Below are positions 24,965 to 34,386 of a stretch of 64,000 nt of DNA, one piece after another. This stretch comes from a virus. Made by a program: the position numbers and the translations under genes. The notes beneath the pieces were generated by a model, which was not told the origin of the DNA, ran no database searches, and worked only from the letters and a program-made list of their open reading frames with translations. The first letter of the stretch is position 1. Every line of letters begins with the position of its first letter. The stretch covers positions 32,001 to 96,000 of the IMG/VR virus record IMGVR_UViG_3300036790_000425; one strand, given 5' to 3'.

Positions 24965-27091
24965 TCATGATCTATGCCGGCGGGCCGCCGCCAGCCCGGC
25001 CCGGCCGCCGGGAGAGCGCCCGGTCATCCCTGACATACCTACCCTGGCTGCCGGTCTCACACCCCGGGCCAGGCCGCCCCGCCCGTTCATGCTGCCGAGT
25101 GAGGAGGCATAGGGATTGCCCTGGTCAGGGCTGAAGCGGTCCAGCGGGTCGGTGCCGCCCACCATGCCGCCGCGGGGCCGCTGGTTCTTCAGGTCCTTGG
25201 CCAGGTAGGCCTTCATCTGCTCGCCCAGCAGCCGGGCCGTGGTGATCGCGATGCAGTCCGCGATGTCCTTGGTCTGCACCGGGCCGGAGGTAGCCGGCAG
25301 CACCTTGGACTGGCCCTCGGGCTTCTGGAGGAACCGCAGCTCGTCCTTGGCCTCGCCGTGCGGCGGGCAGTGCACGAACTCCATGTTCAGCGCGGCCTTG
25401 AACGTCTCCCAGGTGGACCAGTTCAGCGCCGCGGTGGCGGTGCGCTCGTAGACCACGATGTTCTTCTGGAGCCGGGCGCCCCGGACGCGCTTCTGGAGTG
25501 CCTGGACGCTGGCCACGGAGTTGAACTGGTCGAAGGTCAGCTCATCCGGCTGGAACCTCTCGATCACGTTATCGAAGATCCAGTCCCCGACCTCGTCATA
25601 GTCGATGATGTGATCGGGAAAGTCCGCCGGGTCCCAGTAGTGGATCAGGTCGAACACGGCATGGTCCAGGCCGTCGGGGCCCGGCTCGGTGTGCGCGACC
25701 GCGAAGCCGAACCGGCAGTTCACCGCCGACGGGTCGCCGTGCGCGGTGTAGGTGATGTAGAGCGGCCCCCTGGTCTGCATGACCAGATCGGGCCGGCCGT
25801 ACTGCGGGTCCCGGTCCTGCCACGGCTCGAACATCCGGTCAATGCGCGAGGTGTTCAGGTAGGCGTCCATCGCGGTCGCCCAGTCCGAGCGGCGCTCTAC
25901 GGCAAAGGTGTCCGGGTTGGCCTTCTCCTCGCGCGCCATCTCCTCGTCCAGGGCCTGGATGGCGCCCTTCAGCGGGGCCAGCACCGGCAGTGCCTCGGGC
26001 TCGTACTCGCCCAGGTCACCCCGGTAGCCAGGCGGGAACAGCGGCAGCCGGCTGGCCAGCTCCCAGTCCTCGTAGATGGCCCAGGACTCCAGCTGCACCA
26101 TGAACTTGGTCGGGTAGGCCGGCATCACCTCGCCGGGCTCGGGGCCGGGCTCGGACTGGAGCGACAGCTCCCACAGCTCGTAGAACTTGCCGATCATCTC
26201 CCAGGTGCTGGAGGGCAGCACGATGAAGCCGTCGGTGCCGAACTGGTCCAGCGACGGCTTGGCCGCGCCGTAGATAACCCCGAACTCCCGGGTCACCCCG
26301 GCGTTCTTGACGTGCGCCGCCTCGTCGAAGGCCAGGATGCAGCCGGCCGGGCCGCGCGGGGCCAGCGGCGTGGACTCCCGGGGCAGCACCCGGAAGGTAG
26401 CCATGTCCCGGGTGGAAGACAGGCCGCGGGCCGCCAGCTTGTGCATCCGGACGAAATCATAGGGCGCGTACAGCGTCAGCGACTCGGCCTGCGGCTCGGA
26501 GATGAACGGCGTGAAGCAGGGCGCGGTGGTGATCACCGAGTAGAGATCGCCCCAGAGGTTCTCCTTGGCCTGCTCCTTCTTGCCGGCGAACACCGCGATC
26601 GCCAGCGGCTTCTCCTGGTCGATCCCGTAGTACTCCTGGGGATTGCCCTTGGCGATGTAGTGCCACAGCACGTAGCTCATGGCCAGCGCGGACAGGTAGC
26701 CCTTCGAGCCGCGGCGGCCGATCGCGATGATCAGCTCGGGGAACCACTTGTAGCCGCGCTTCTTCAGGTAGGCGATCCGCTCGAACAGGTCCGGCTGGAG
26801 GCCCTTGGTCCGGGCCGAGAACTTGTTGTCGCCGGCGTCGGGGTTAGTCTCGGTGAACCGGCGCTGCCACTCCGCGATGACCTTGCGGTCGTAGTCGGTG
26901 AACAGGTCATCGCGCAGGAAGATGATCTTCAGCAGAGTGGCCTGGCGCGGGTACAGATTGGGCTTTCCGCACCAGTCCTCACTTATTACGAAAGTGATGG
27001 GGTCTGGCACAGGAGGGCCGTCATACCAGGACAAAACGTCCAGCGGTCCGGCTGTGCCGGTGTCGGGGGCCTGCCAGCGGCTGATCGCCAT
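24965..27091 (-). CDS. terL: terminase large subunit
   Basis: YPRQ, Walker A GRRGSKG, Walker B LAFDEAAH, nuclease motifs HGDPS, FDQFNS, KDIAD. Confidence 0.88.
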   Translation of the reverse strand: MAISRWQAPDTGTAGPLDVLSWYDGPPVPDPITFVISEDWCGKPNLYPRQATLLKIIFLRDDLFTDYDRKVIAEWQRRFTETNPDAGDNKFSARTKGLQPDLFERIAYLKKRGYKWFPELIIAIGRRGSKGYLSALAMSYVLWHYIAKGNPQEYYGIDQEKPLAIAVFAGKKEQAKENLWGDLYSVITTAPCFTPFISEPQAESLTLYAPYDFVRMHKLAARGLSSTRDMATFRVLPRESTPLAPRGPAGCILAFDEAAHVKNAGVTREFGVIYGAAKPSLDQFGTDGFIVLPSSTWEMIGKFYELWELSLQSEPGPEPGEVMPAYPTKFMVQLESWAIYEDWELASRLPLFPPGYRGDLGEYEPEALPVLAPLKGAIQALDEEMAREEKANPDTFAVERRSDWATAMDAYLNTSRIDRMFEPWQDRDPQYGRPDLVMQTRGPLYITYTAHGDPSAVNCRFGFAVAHTEPGPDGLDHAVFDLIHYWDPADFPDHIIDYDEVGDWIFDNVIERFQPDELTFDQFNSVASVQALQKRVRGARLQKNIVVYERTATAALNWSTWETFKAALNMEFVHCPPHGEAKDELRFLQKPEGQSKVLPATSGPVQTKDIADCIAITTARLLGEQMKAYLAKDLKNQRPRGGMVGGTDPLDRFSPDQGNPYASSLGSMNGRGGLARGVRPAARVGMSGMTGRSPGGRAGLAAARRHRS

Positions 27092-27112
27092 CAGGAATCA
27101 GCCCGCCCGGGG

Positions 27113-27589
27113 CTAGCCGGCATTCAGGTCGCCCCGGAAGCTCGTCCGCCGGTCTTCCCGGGTACTCAGCTCGCGCACCAGGTAGGGATCGTTCCCCGGG
27201 CCGTGGCTGGGCGCGTAAGGACGCTCCCCGCTGATCACGAAGTCCTCCATGCGCTCGTGCGTGTCCACGTCACCGAGCCGGTCGAACAGCCATCGCCGCC
27301 AGGAGCGCTCGTCATAGGTGGCCGCTGGCACCGGGAAGAAGTGGCTGACCGCTATCACCTGATCCGGGTGATAGGAATCCGGCCCGCATCGCTGCACGAT
27401 CAGCGTCATGCCGCGGGACTCGCCCGCGTGACGGCCGGGCTTATCCCGCTGACAGTCGTTGTCCAGCCAGACGCGCCAGCCCTGCTGCTCCCGGTACCTG
27501 AGGTCTCTCACCAGGGCGGCCAGGGCGGCCGGGTACGGAGCAACCTGGCGCATCACGCCATCAGCAGTGGTGTCCTCGGGAGTACTCAC
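27113..27589 (-). CDS. hypothetical protein
   Basis: 158-aa ORF; HE..E motif. Confidence 0.7.
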   Translation of the reverse strand: MSTPEDTTADGVMRQVAPYPAALAALVRDLRYREQQGWRVWLDNDCQRDKPGRHAGESRGMTLIVQRCGPDSYHPDQVIAVSHFFPVPAATYDERSWRRWLFDRLGDVDTHERMEDFVISGERPYAPSHGPGNDPYLVRELSTREDRRTSFRGDLNAG

Positions 27590-27765
27590 ACATCTTCCGG
27601 GCCCGCGTCCAGGACCAGGACCACCCGGCCGGCCTTCAGCTCGACCGCCGCCCGGTCCAGCCGGCAGAAGCGCCCGTCGAACCGCAGGAGCACCTCCTGA
27701 ACATGCACGGGCTGGCTCAGGAAGGCCTCCCGGGCGATCACCTCGGCCAGCTCATCCGGGGCCAC
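27586..27765 (-). CDS. 59-aa hypothetical protein (absent from ORF track)
   Basis: GTG start after GGAGGA; GTGA overlap with next gene. Confidence 0.55.
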   Translation of the reverse strand: MAPDELAEVIAREAFLSQPVHVQEVLLRFDGRFCRLDRAAVELKAGRVVLVLDAGPEDV

Positions 27766-28423
27766 GGGTCTCCTCCCGGGGCTTCCACGGCTCGAAGTCG
27801 CCTACCGTGCCCGCGGCGGAGAAGTGCAGCCGCAGGCCGCAGGCCTCGAAGATCGCCTCCCGGGTGCTCTCATCCACGGCCGGGTCATTGAGGTGCACGC
27901 TGTAGAGCTTCGCGTGCAGGGTGCCCCTGGTGCCGAAGCCCATCCAGGAGTCCCGCTCGCCCTGCTCCAGGGCCATGCCGTCGTCAGTGACGATCGCCAG
28001 CAGCTCGGGCGTCAGGTCACGGGTCCGGTACCAGTCCATCCCCATCTCGCGCGGGACCGGCTCGCGCCCGCTGATCCGGGACAGGCAGTGCAGCATGCCC
28101 GGGTGAGCCGACCGCAGGCTCTCCACGTACATCTTGTGCGGCCAGCCGTACTTCCAGTCGGCCCAGCTCAGCCACCAGCCGCCGGGGTCGAAGTTGTGCA
28201 TCCGCTGGGCGTCGCGCTGGCCGCCCAGGCAGTCTTCCCAGTTCCGCGCGCCGCAGTCCGTGCACGACCCGGTGCCGCGCGGAGTGGCCAGCAGGTCCCG
28301 CGGGTGGATCGAGCCGCACCAGGAGCACGTCCGGAAATGCTCGCCGCGGCGTGCGCCGCTCCACGCCCAGCCGCAGGCGGCAAGCGGATCCTGGCCGTGC
28401 ACCAGGTCAGTGGCCGTGCCCAT
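27752..28423 (-). CDS. hypothetical protein with zinc motifs
   Basis: RTCSWCGSIHP; WADWKYGWPHK.Y. Confidence 0.65.
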   Translation of the reverse strand: MGTATDLVHGQDPLAACGWAWSGARRGEHFRTCSWCGSIHPRDLLATPRGTGSCTDCGARNWEDCLGGQRDAQRMHNFDPGGWWLSWADWKYGWPHKMYVESLRSAHPGMLHCLSRISGREPVPREMGMDWYRTRDLTPELLAIVTDDGMALEQGERDSWMGFGTRGTLHAKLYSVHLNDPAVDESTREAIFEACGLRLHFSAAGTVGDFEPWKPREETRGPG

Positions 28424-28799
28424 GTCCCTGGCCGTTCCGGGAGCTGCGGAGAGTGCCCGGGTCAGTCTTGATCCAGCCGTCCTCGCCCGGCAGCCCGAGG
28501 ACGTTGTGCACGGCCTCGTGCACCTGGCGGTCCGGGTCGAAGGTGAAGCCCGGGTCGGTGCGGCCGGTGATGGTGATCTCCGGCATGGCCGCGCCCTCCT
28601 CCTCGACTGCCGTGCCGTCGGGGCGCTCGTAGCCGAACCGGTACCAGTTCACGTTCACGGTGAGGCCGATCTCCGCGAACTGGTCGCGGGCCCGGCGCTC
28701 GAAGGCGGCATAGTTGAGGCGCTTATCCTGCGCCAGGGCGTTCAGGCTGTGCGTGAGCCCGATGATCTTGTCTACCTCGGCGTCATACAGGTCAAGCAC
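28407..28799 (-). CDS. hypothetical protein
   Basis: ORF with codon bias; FDPDRQVHEA. Confidence 0.7.
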   Translation of the reverse strand: MLDLYDAEVDKIIGLTHSLNALAQDKRLNYAAFERRARDQFAEIGLTVNVNWYRFGYERPDGTAVEEEGAAMPEITITGRTDPGFTFDPDRQVHEAVHNVLGLPGEDGWIKTDPGTLRSSRNGQGHGHGH

Positions 28800-29418
28800 T
28801 GCTCCGCTCCCCTCCGGGCAGCGCGGGCGCGGCGTCGGCCAGCACGCCCCGGATGACCGGGGAGGCGTAGACCTCGCTCACGAACTCGCTCCACTGCTCC
28901 GGCTTCATGATCCGCCGGCTGATCTCGAAGAACTCGATCATCGCGGCCTGCCACTGTGATGCCTCTACTCCTTCCGAAGCCCGGCTCCTGTCGAGCTGCA
29001 TCTGGAGCTGGATGGCCCGGGTCAGGTCGCGGGCCTGAAGGTCCAGCTCGCCGTGCACGAGGGCCTGCTGACCCTGGCGGATCAGCTCGTTCAGGGCATC
29101 GCTGGCCGTGGCGCCGGACGTGGTGGTGTCGTCGCCGCGGGCCTCGGCCGCCTCCTCGAACGTTAGCCGGGCCTTGCGGTGCGGCTCAGCGAGATGCCGG
29201 ATGTGCGAGCGCAGGATCGGCTCGTTCGGCACCGCGGGCCGCAGGCCGGCCAGGTGCTTGCGGATGGTGCGCAGCGCGTAGCCCTCAGCCAGCATGCCGT
29301 CGATCTGGGCCAGCCACGGCGACCGGCAGGCGCCGCAGTCGCGGTCCCAGGGCTTGTCGTAGGCCTGGCCGCCGATCACCACCCGGCGGGTGGCGAGGCT
29401 GTTACTCCTCAGAGTCAT
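28792..29418 (-). CDS. probable terminase small subunit (Zn/HTH)
   Basis: CxxC..HTH-like..HxxH followed by helical region; lies upstream of terL. Confidence 0.45.
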   Translation of the reverse strand: MTLRSNSLATRRVVIGGQAYDKPWDRDCGACRSPWLAQIDGMLAEGYALRTIRKHLAGLRPAVPNEPILRSHIRHLAEPHRKARLTFEEAAEARGDDTTTSGATASDALNELIRQGQQALVHGELDLQARDLTRAIQLQMQLDRSRASEGVEASQWQAAMIEFFEISRRIMKPEQWSEFVSEVYASPVIRGVLADAAPALPGGERSSA

Positions 29419-29737
29419 GTCCGTCGTCGCCCGTCCAGGTGTCCAGGCCGTCCTGGGCGCGGCGCACGGGATAGTGGCCGTCCCGGCTGTTCAGGTGCGG
29501 GTAGCGGCTGTTCCAGGCACGGCTGAACATGCCCCGGCGCACGGCCGGGTCCGCGGTGCCGATGCTGGAGTAGACCTCATGATCCCAGCGATCCTGCTGC
29601 TTCCAGGGAGTCAGGATGTCGGACTTGGCCTCCCTGCTGGTGACCCCGGCGAGAGACAGCCGGATCAGCTCGTCCGCCTGGGCCTCCAGCTCCGCGCACC
29701 TCCCGTGCCTCAGCCTCATCTGACCGCTCGCCGGCAT
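29402..29737 (-). CDS. hypothetical protein
   Basis: RBS GGAGGAGG. Confidence 0.55.
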   Translation of the reverse strand: MPASGQMRLRHGRCAELEAQADELIRLSLAGVTSREAKSDILTPWKQQDRWDHEVYSSIGTADPAVRRGMFSRAWNSRYPHLNSRDGHYPVRRAQDGLDTWTGDDGHDSEE

Positions 29738-30128
29738 GAACCCTCCTCCACAGTGATGACTCCCACTCGGCCGCCAGGATCTTCAGGCCCTGGGTGGCGT
29801 AGATGGCCACGGGAGTGTCGGCGCCCAGCCCCATCTCCCGGGCGGCATCCTGCTCGCGCATGTCGCGGTACAGGAACAGCTCGATCGCCCGCGCCCGGAG
29901 CGGCGCCAGCAGCCCCAGGCGCATGTCGTAAAGGCGGCGAAGATCAAAGACCGTGTAGACCGTCCCGTCTGGCCCGGTAATAGTGTCTATGCCCTCAGTC
30001 TCGAAAAGGGCCTCGAAACTCTGGAGATGCCGGAATAGCTCTCTCAGATCACGGTGGTCTACAGCGCACCCCCAGAAACGGCCCGGGAAAAACCAGGGCG
30101 GCGGCTTTCTGTCGGGATGATAGAGCAT
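29577..30128 (-). CDS. sigma70 region 4-like HTH protein, candidate late transcription factor (start uncertain)
   Basis: L.P.R.RAIELFLYRDM.EQDAAREMG....V..Y...GL..L. Confidence 0.6.
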   Translation of the reverse strand: MLYHPDRKPPPWFFPGRFWGCAVDHRDLRELFRHLQSFEALFETEGIDTITGPDGTVYTVFDLRRLYDMRLGLLAPLRARAIELFLYRDMREQDAAREMGLGADTPVAIYATQGLKILAAEWESSLWRRVHAGERSDEAEAREVRGAGGPGGRADPAVSRRGHQQGGQVRHPDSLEAAGSLGS

Positions 30129-30194
30129 GGAAGGGAGGGAACGGGAAGCACGCCCCGCAGCAATCTGCCGCAGGGCGTGCCAAGGAACCCGGTT

Positions 30195-30890
30195 TTACTC
30201 GGCGGATACGTCCGAGAGCAGCCGCTGGAGCCTTGTCAGGCTCCTGACCAGGGCATCTGCCTTCCGCGAGAGGATTGCCTGGAACACGGCGAAGTACCTG
30301 TTGTCGATGCTGTGGCGGTGACCTGCCTGAGTTCGGTCAGCTTCCGTGGGCTTGCCCGAGATGCTAACTCCGGGCAGGTTCAGGAACCCTGCGGCGAATT
30401 TCTCCTCCCACTGCACTTTCGCGAACATTGCCTCACCCCACAGAGTTACGGAGTGCTGCTCCCATTCATACAGGTGCGTGGTAATGGCGAACAGGAATCG
30501 GCTCCGCAGCTGAGGGGTCAGCCGCGACCAGTCGTCGTCCGGGTTCCCGTCCTCGTCACACACCCACAGCAGCCGTCCGCCGGGGCCGCGGGCAGGCATG
30601 CCGTCGTCGTCGGTGCGCGGCGTCCGGATCGTCTCGTAGAGCTGGTCCATGAGATCGAGCGCGACCTTGAACTGGTCCCGCATGAGCCGCTCGGCCTGGT
30701 ACTTGACCTCCTCCAGCCGGACAGCGTCCTCGCCCTGCCAGGTGGTGCGCATCCGGCTGAAGCTGGTCCGGGTCAGGTTCTTCGTCCGGTCCGGCGGCGG
30801 GTCCGGGGTCAGCGGGCTCTCCTCGCCGGGATCCAGCGGGTTCTCGGAATCACCCAGAGCCCGCTGGATCCGGTCCTGCACGTCTGTCAT
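30195..30890 (-). CDS. hypothetical helical protein in recombination cluster
   Basis: ATGA-coupled to RuvC-like gene. Confidence 0.7.
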   Translation of the reverse strand: MTDVQDRIQRALGDSENPLDPGEESPLTPDPPPDRTKNLTRTSFSRMRTTWQGEDAVRLEEVKYQAERLMRDQFKVALDLMDQLYETIRTPRTDDDGMPARGPGGRLLWVCDEDGNPDDDWSRLTPQLRSRFLFAITTHLYEWEQHSVTLWGEAMFAKVQWEEKFAAGFLNLPGVSISGKPTEADRTQAGHRHSIDNRYFAVFQAILSRKADALVRSLTRLQRLLSDVSAE

Positions 30891-31504
30891 GTCTGCTCCC
30901 TCGCCAGCGCCAGGCGGCGCTTCTGCTCATCGTGGAGGTAAGTGAGGCCGACCGAGGCCCCGTCCCGCTGGTGCTCATTCCAGTCCCGGCCGGCTGCCGC
31001 GGGGATCAGCCGGATGATGGCCTCCCGGATGGCCTTCTTGCGATTCTCGGACAGGATCCGGGAGTTGCCCAGCAGGACCGCGGAGACGTGCATGGCGCTC
31101 ACCGGGATCACCCGCGGCCGGGACTGGTGGATCATCAGGCCGGCGATCAGGCTCGACTCGGTCCGGCTGCCGCCGCCCGTGACGTAGGGAGCCTCGACCA
31201 CCGTCTCGTAGCCGTGCCGGGCGACCGCGCTGTAGACCCCGGTCAGGGCATCCCGCAGGTAGGTCGCCTTGTCCCAGGTCTCCAGGAAGCTGGCCCGGGT
31301 GGTCTTCGGGTTGATCGTCCCCCTGTCCAGGACGTGCACCAGGCCGTAGCGGACCTCCAGCAGCACCCAGCCGGTGTGGCTGAGCGTGGCGTCGAAGGCC
31401 AGCACCGGCTGGCAGGCCAGGAACTCGCTGACGTGCGGGAAGCGCCAGGGCTCCGGTTCCGGGCGGCGCCTGCGGCTGCGGAGCTGTTCGCGGATGTCGT
31501 TCAC
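30887..31504 (-). CDS. RuvC-like Holliday junction resolvase
   Basis: VLAFD.TL..TGW, VVE.P, H..DG...G; GTGA start overlap. Confidence 0.75.
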   Translation of the reverse strand: MNDIREQLRSRRRRPEPEPWRFPHVSEFLACQPVLAFDATLSHTGWVLLEVRYGLVHVLDRGTINPKTTRASFLETWDKATYLRDALTGVYSAVARHGYETVVEAPYVTGGGSRTESSLIAGLMIHQSRPRVIPVSAMHVSAVLLGNSRILSENRKKAIREAIIRLIPAAAGRDWNEHQRDGASVGLTYLHDEQKRRLALAREQT

Positions 31505-32265
31505 GAGACGATCTCCACCCCTCGCCGCCAGTGGTCCAGGACCTCCAGGTACTTGGCCTCGGTCTGGGCCGCGAACCCGGCGTCGTAGTCGATGTGGAAC
31601 TCCCGGGTGGTCCAGGGGTTGCCCAGGCCCATGAAGTAGACGATGTACCGGCGCAGGCCGGTCATCCGCATGCACTCCTGCATCTGGGCCCAGTAGTGCG
31701 GCCACTTCTCCCGGAAGTGCCCGGCGTCCATGTCCGTGATCCCGGACAGCCCGAACGGCCGGATCGTCTTCAGGTCGAACCCGAACACGCCCTGCGGGCC
31801 GAAGTTGAGGATCGAGTCCAGGTGGCACCGGGACATCGACTCCGGGTGCACCGCGCCGTGCTCCATGCACCATTTCGAGGCCTGCCGGGCGCGGGCCGGC
31901 TTGTAGGGCCGGCCGCAGGCCGGGCAGTCGCCCTCGGGCAGCGGCACGGTGACGCCCATCCGGTCCAGGGCGGCCTCCACGACGCCGTGCGTGACGGTGC
32001 CCATCATGGTGGACATCCAGCTGATGTAGTCCATCTGGCGGCCGGGCAGCAGCTGCGACCGGGCCAGGTAGAGCCACAGCTCCCGGTGACTCATCAGCGG
32101 GTGCGTGCTGGCGTGGAACCAGCCGTCCGGCTCCCGGTTGCCCGAGCGGGTCAGGTGCAGGTTGAACTCGAAGTTCACGGCCGGGTCCTGGAAGAACTGG
32201 AGCAGGACCGGCTTGACCAGGCAGCCGGATGCAGCCGACTCGGTGACCTTGCCGAGGACCGGCAT
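31501..32265 (-). CDS. PD-(D/E)XK (RecB/Cas4-like) exonuclease
   Basis: FHAS, GT..H, HLD, FDLKT, YWAQMQ. Confidence 0.72.
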   Translation of the reverse strand: MPVLGKVTESAASGCLVKPVLLQFFQDPAVNFEFNLHLTRSGNREPDGWFHASTHPLMSHRELWLYLARSQLLPGRQMDYISWMSTMMGTVTHGVVEAALDRMGVTVPLPEGDCPACGRPYKPARARQASKWCMEHGAVHPESMSRCHLDSILNFGPQGVFGFDLKTIRPFGLSGITDMDAGHFREKWPHYWAQMQECMRMTGLRRYIVYFMGLGNPWTTREFHIDYDAGFAAQTEAKYLEVLDHWRRGVEIVS

Positions 32266-33056
32266 CAGCCGACCTCCCGGTCGGGGTAGTCCGGCCACAC
32301 CCGGACCCGCAGTATTCCGTCCTGGTACAGGTCGCCACGCTCAACCAGGCGCTCGTTGACGATCAGGCGCGGCCGATTACCGGACCCGATGGACCGCTCA
32401 ACCAGGACTGTCTCCACCTCGAACTGGACCAGCTGCCCGTCCGCCAGGTAGCGCATCCCGGCACGGTCCGACTTGCCGCCGGGCCTCAGGGCCACCGTGA
32501 CCACGGTCCAGGGCAGCTCCGGGACGTACTGCGGCACCTCGGGGAGGCAGGCCTCACGCCTGTCCTGCGCGGCCCCCGGCAGCTCCGTGGCGGCCTCCAG
32601 GGCGGCTCGCAGCTCGTCCCGCTCCTGGCGCAGGCTCTCGATGTGCTCAGCGGAGACCTGCTCGTGCTCCCGGGCGCGCTTCAGCTGCTCACGCAGGCTC
32701 GCGGTCTCCCTGGCATCAGCCAGCAGCCCGGTCATGATGTCGTCGGGGACTGCCGACCACTCCTCCAGGACGCTGGTCAGGGTCTCGTTGCCGTACCAGC
32801 GCAGGCCCAGCGCCGGCATCCGGGTGCCGGCCTGCTCGCGGGCCTTGGCGATCATGCCCAGGCTGACGGGGATCTGCTTGCTTTTCGTGGACTTGCCGTC
32901 CACCCGGAACGGCCAGGGCAGGTCCGCGTGATTCTTGGTGTCCATCGGGTCAGACCACTGGTTCCCGCTGGACTTGGTCTTGGTGGCGGCGAACACCTCG
33001 GCCAGGTGGATCTCGTGCAGCTCGCCCATGCGCTGGCTGGTGGGGGTGGCGGGCAT
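32265..33056 (-). CDS. PD-(D/E)XK resolvase-like nuclease with coiled-coil extension
   Basis: HE..LA..F..T.SSGNQW...D...DGKST. Confidence 0.6.
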   Translation of the reverse strand: MPATPTSQRMGELHEIHLAEVFAATKTKSSGNQWSDPMDTKNHADLPWPFRVDGKSTKSKQIPVSLGMIAKAREQAGTRMPALGLRWYGNETLTSVLEEWSAVPDDIMTGLLADARETASLREQLKRAREHEQVSAEHIESLRQERDELRAALEAATELPGAAQDRREACLPEVPQYVPELPWTVVTVALRPGGKSDRAGMRYLADGQLVQFEVETVLVERSIGSGNRPRLIVNERLVERGDLYQDGILRVRVWPDYPDREVG

Positions 33057-33058
33057 GC

Positions 33059-34129
33059 TCAGGCCTCCTGTAGCTCGGGGAGGACGGGCTCCGGGGCGGC
33101 GAAGTTGCAGGCCGCCCGGATCTCGTCCAGGGCCCGGAGGTTCTTGGTCAGGTACTGCCGGACGGCGTCCTTGCCATTCAGCCTGGTGCCGTCCGGCATG
33201 GTGTAAGTGCTGCCGCCGCGCTGGACCGCGCCCAGCTTCGGGGCCAGGCTGACTACCTCGGTCACCACGTCGATCCCGGCCGGGCCGAATTCCGGGGTGG
33301 CCTGGTTCATGACGTAGTACTCGGCCGTGCGGCCGGGCGGGAAGTTCTTGCACCGGGTGACCTTCGCCCGCATCTCGACGCCCGCGACCTGGTCATTGCC
33401 GTAGGCCTTGATGACGCGGGTGTGATCAGCGCCGCCCAGGTGCCGGAACTCGATCTTGGCCGTGGTGGCGTGCTGCATGGCCTTCGGGCCGGCCGAGACG
33501 TCGGCCCCCATGCCGCCCAGGTTGGCCCGCGGCTGGTTGATCAGCAGCACCAGGCAGTTCGCGGTCCGGGCCTCGGTAGCCAGGGCCTTGGTCAGCTGGG
33601 TGATCAGCTTGGCGTTGCGGCCCATCGCGTCGGCTGCCTTGTCGGCATCCTTGGCCATCACCCGGGCGCTCTCCAGCGCCCCGACGGAATCCAGGACCAG
33701 GATCGAGTACAGGCCGCTGGACACGTAGTCCCGGGCCATGTCGCTGGCCTCCTCGGTGCTCTGCGGCACCAGCGGCTGCCACCGCCCGGAGGCAAGCGCG
33801 GCCGGGGAGCAGTCCAGGCCGAGCCCGGTGGCCCAGCCCAGGCTGAAAGTGCGCTCCATGTTGACGTAGGCCACGCCCCGGTCCGGGAACATCTGCTGGC
33901 AGACGGCCATCGCCCGGATGCCGACCGTGGACTTGCTGGAGTCCTTCGGTCCCAGCAGCTCGTAGATCCGGCCCAGCTGGTAGCCGCCGACGCCCGTGGC
34001 GAAGTCCAGGCCCAGCGAGCCGGTCGGCACGATGACCGGCGGCGGCTCGTTCGAGATCCGGTCCTGCCCGTGCTTGGTCGTCATCCTGGCCGCGAAATTA
34101 GCCAGCCCCCTCGGGCTTGCTGCTGCCAT
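33059..34129 (-). CDS. recA: RecA-like recombinase
   Basis: PTGSLGLD..GVGG..GRIYEL.GP, VLDSVGAL, INQ.R; RBS AGGAGG. Confidence 0.9.
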   Translation of the reverse strand: MAAASPRGLANFAARMTTKHGQDRISNEPPPVIVPTGSLGLDFATGVGGYQLGRIYELLGPKDSSKSTVGIRAMAVCQQMFPDRGVAYVNMERTFSLGWATGLGLDCSPAALASGRWQPLVPQSTEEASDMARDYVSSGLYSILVLDSVGALESARVMAKDADKAADAMGRNAKLITQLTKALATEARTANCLVLLINQPRANLGGMGADVSAGPKAMQHATTAKIEFRHLGGADHTRVIKAYGNDQVAGVEMRAKVTRCKNFPPGRTAEYYVMNQATPEFGPAGIDVVTEVVSLAPKLGAVQRGGSTYTMPDGTRLNGKDAVRQYLTKNLRALDEIRAACNFAAPEPVLPELQEA

Positions 34130-34386
34130 CATTCCTCCTGTCGTCCGCACCCGGTGCACAGCCAGCCGCCGTCTCCGTCGGCACGGATCTGATCGCCCTC
34201 CCGGATCGGGTGCCGGCTGCTGGCCGAGCACCGTCCCGGGTACCTCGCGGTGATCCAGGGGCCCTGTGCGTTAGCTTGTTTCATTGTATCGGATAGCGTC
34301 CGGGAGCCGGTGCGGCAGTGATCGCAGGAGTCCGCGGGCAGATCCGAGATCACGCAGTACTCGACTGGCCTGAGCTGCGGCATCAC
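34129..34386 (-). CDS. small zinc-finger protein
   Basis: C..SDL...CDHC; ARYPGRC..I..GD.I...W.CxxC. Confidence 0.65.
   Translation of the reverse strand: MMPQLRPVEYCVISDLPADSCDHCRTGSRTLSDTMKQANAQGPWITARYPGRCSASSRHPIREGDQIRADGDGGWLCTGCGRQEE

Noticed and set aside
31501-32265. Cas4-like gene as evidence of a CRISPR system
   Set aside because: Sits in a RecA/RuvC recombination cluster, the usual context for phage PD-(D/E)XK exonucleases
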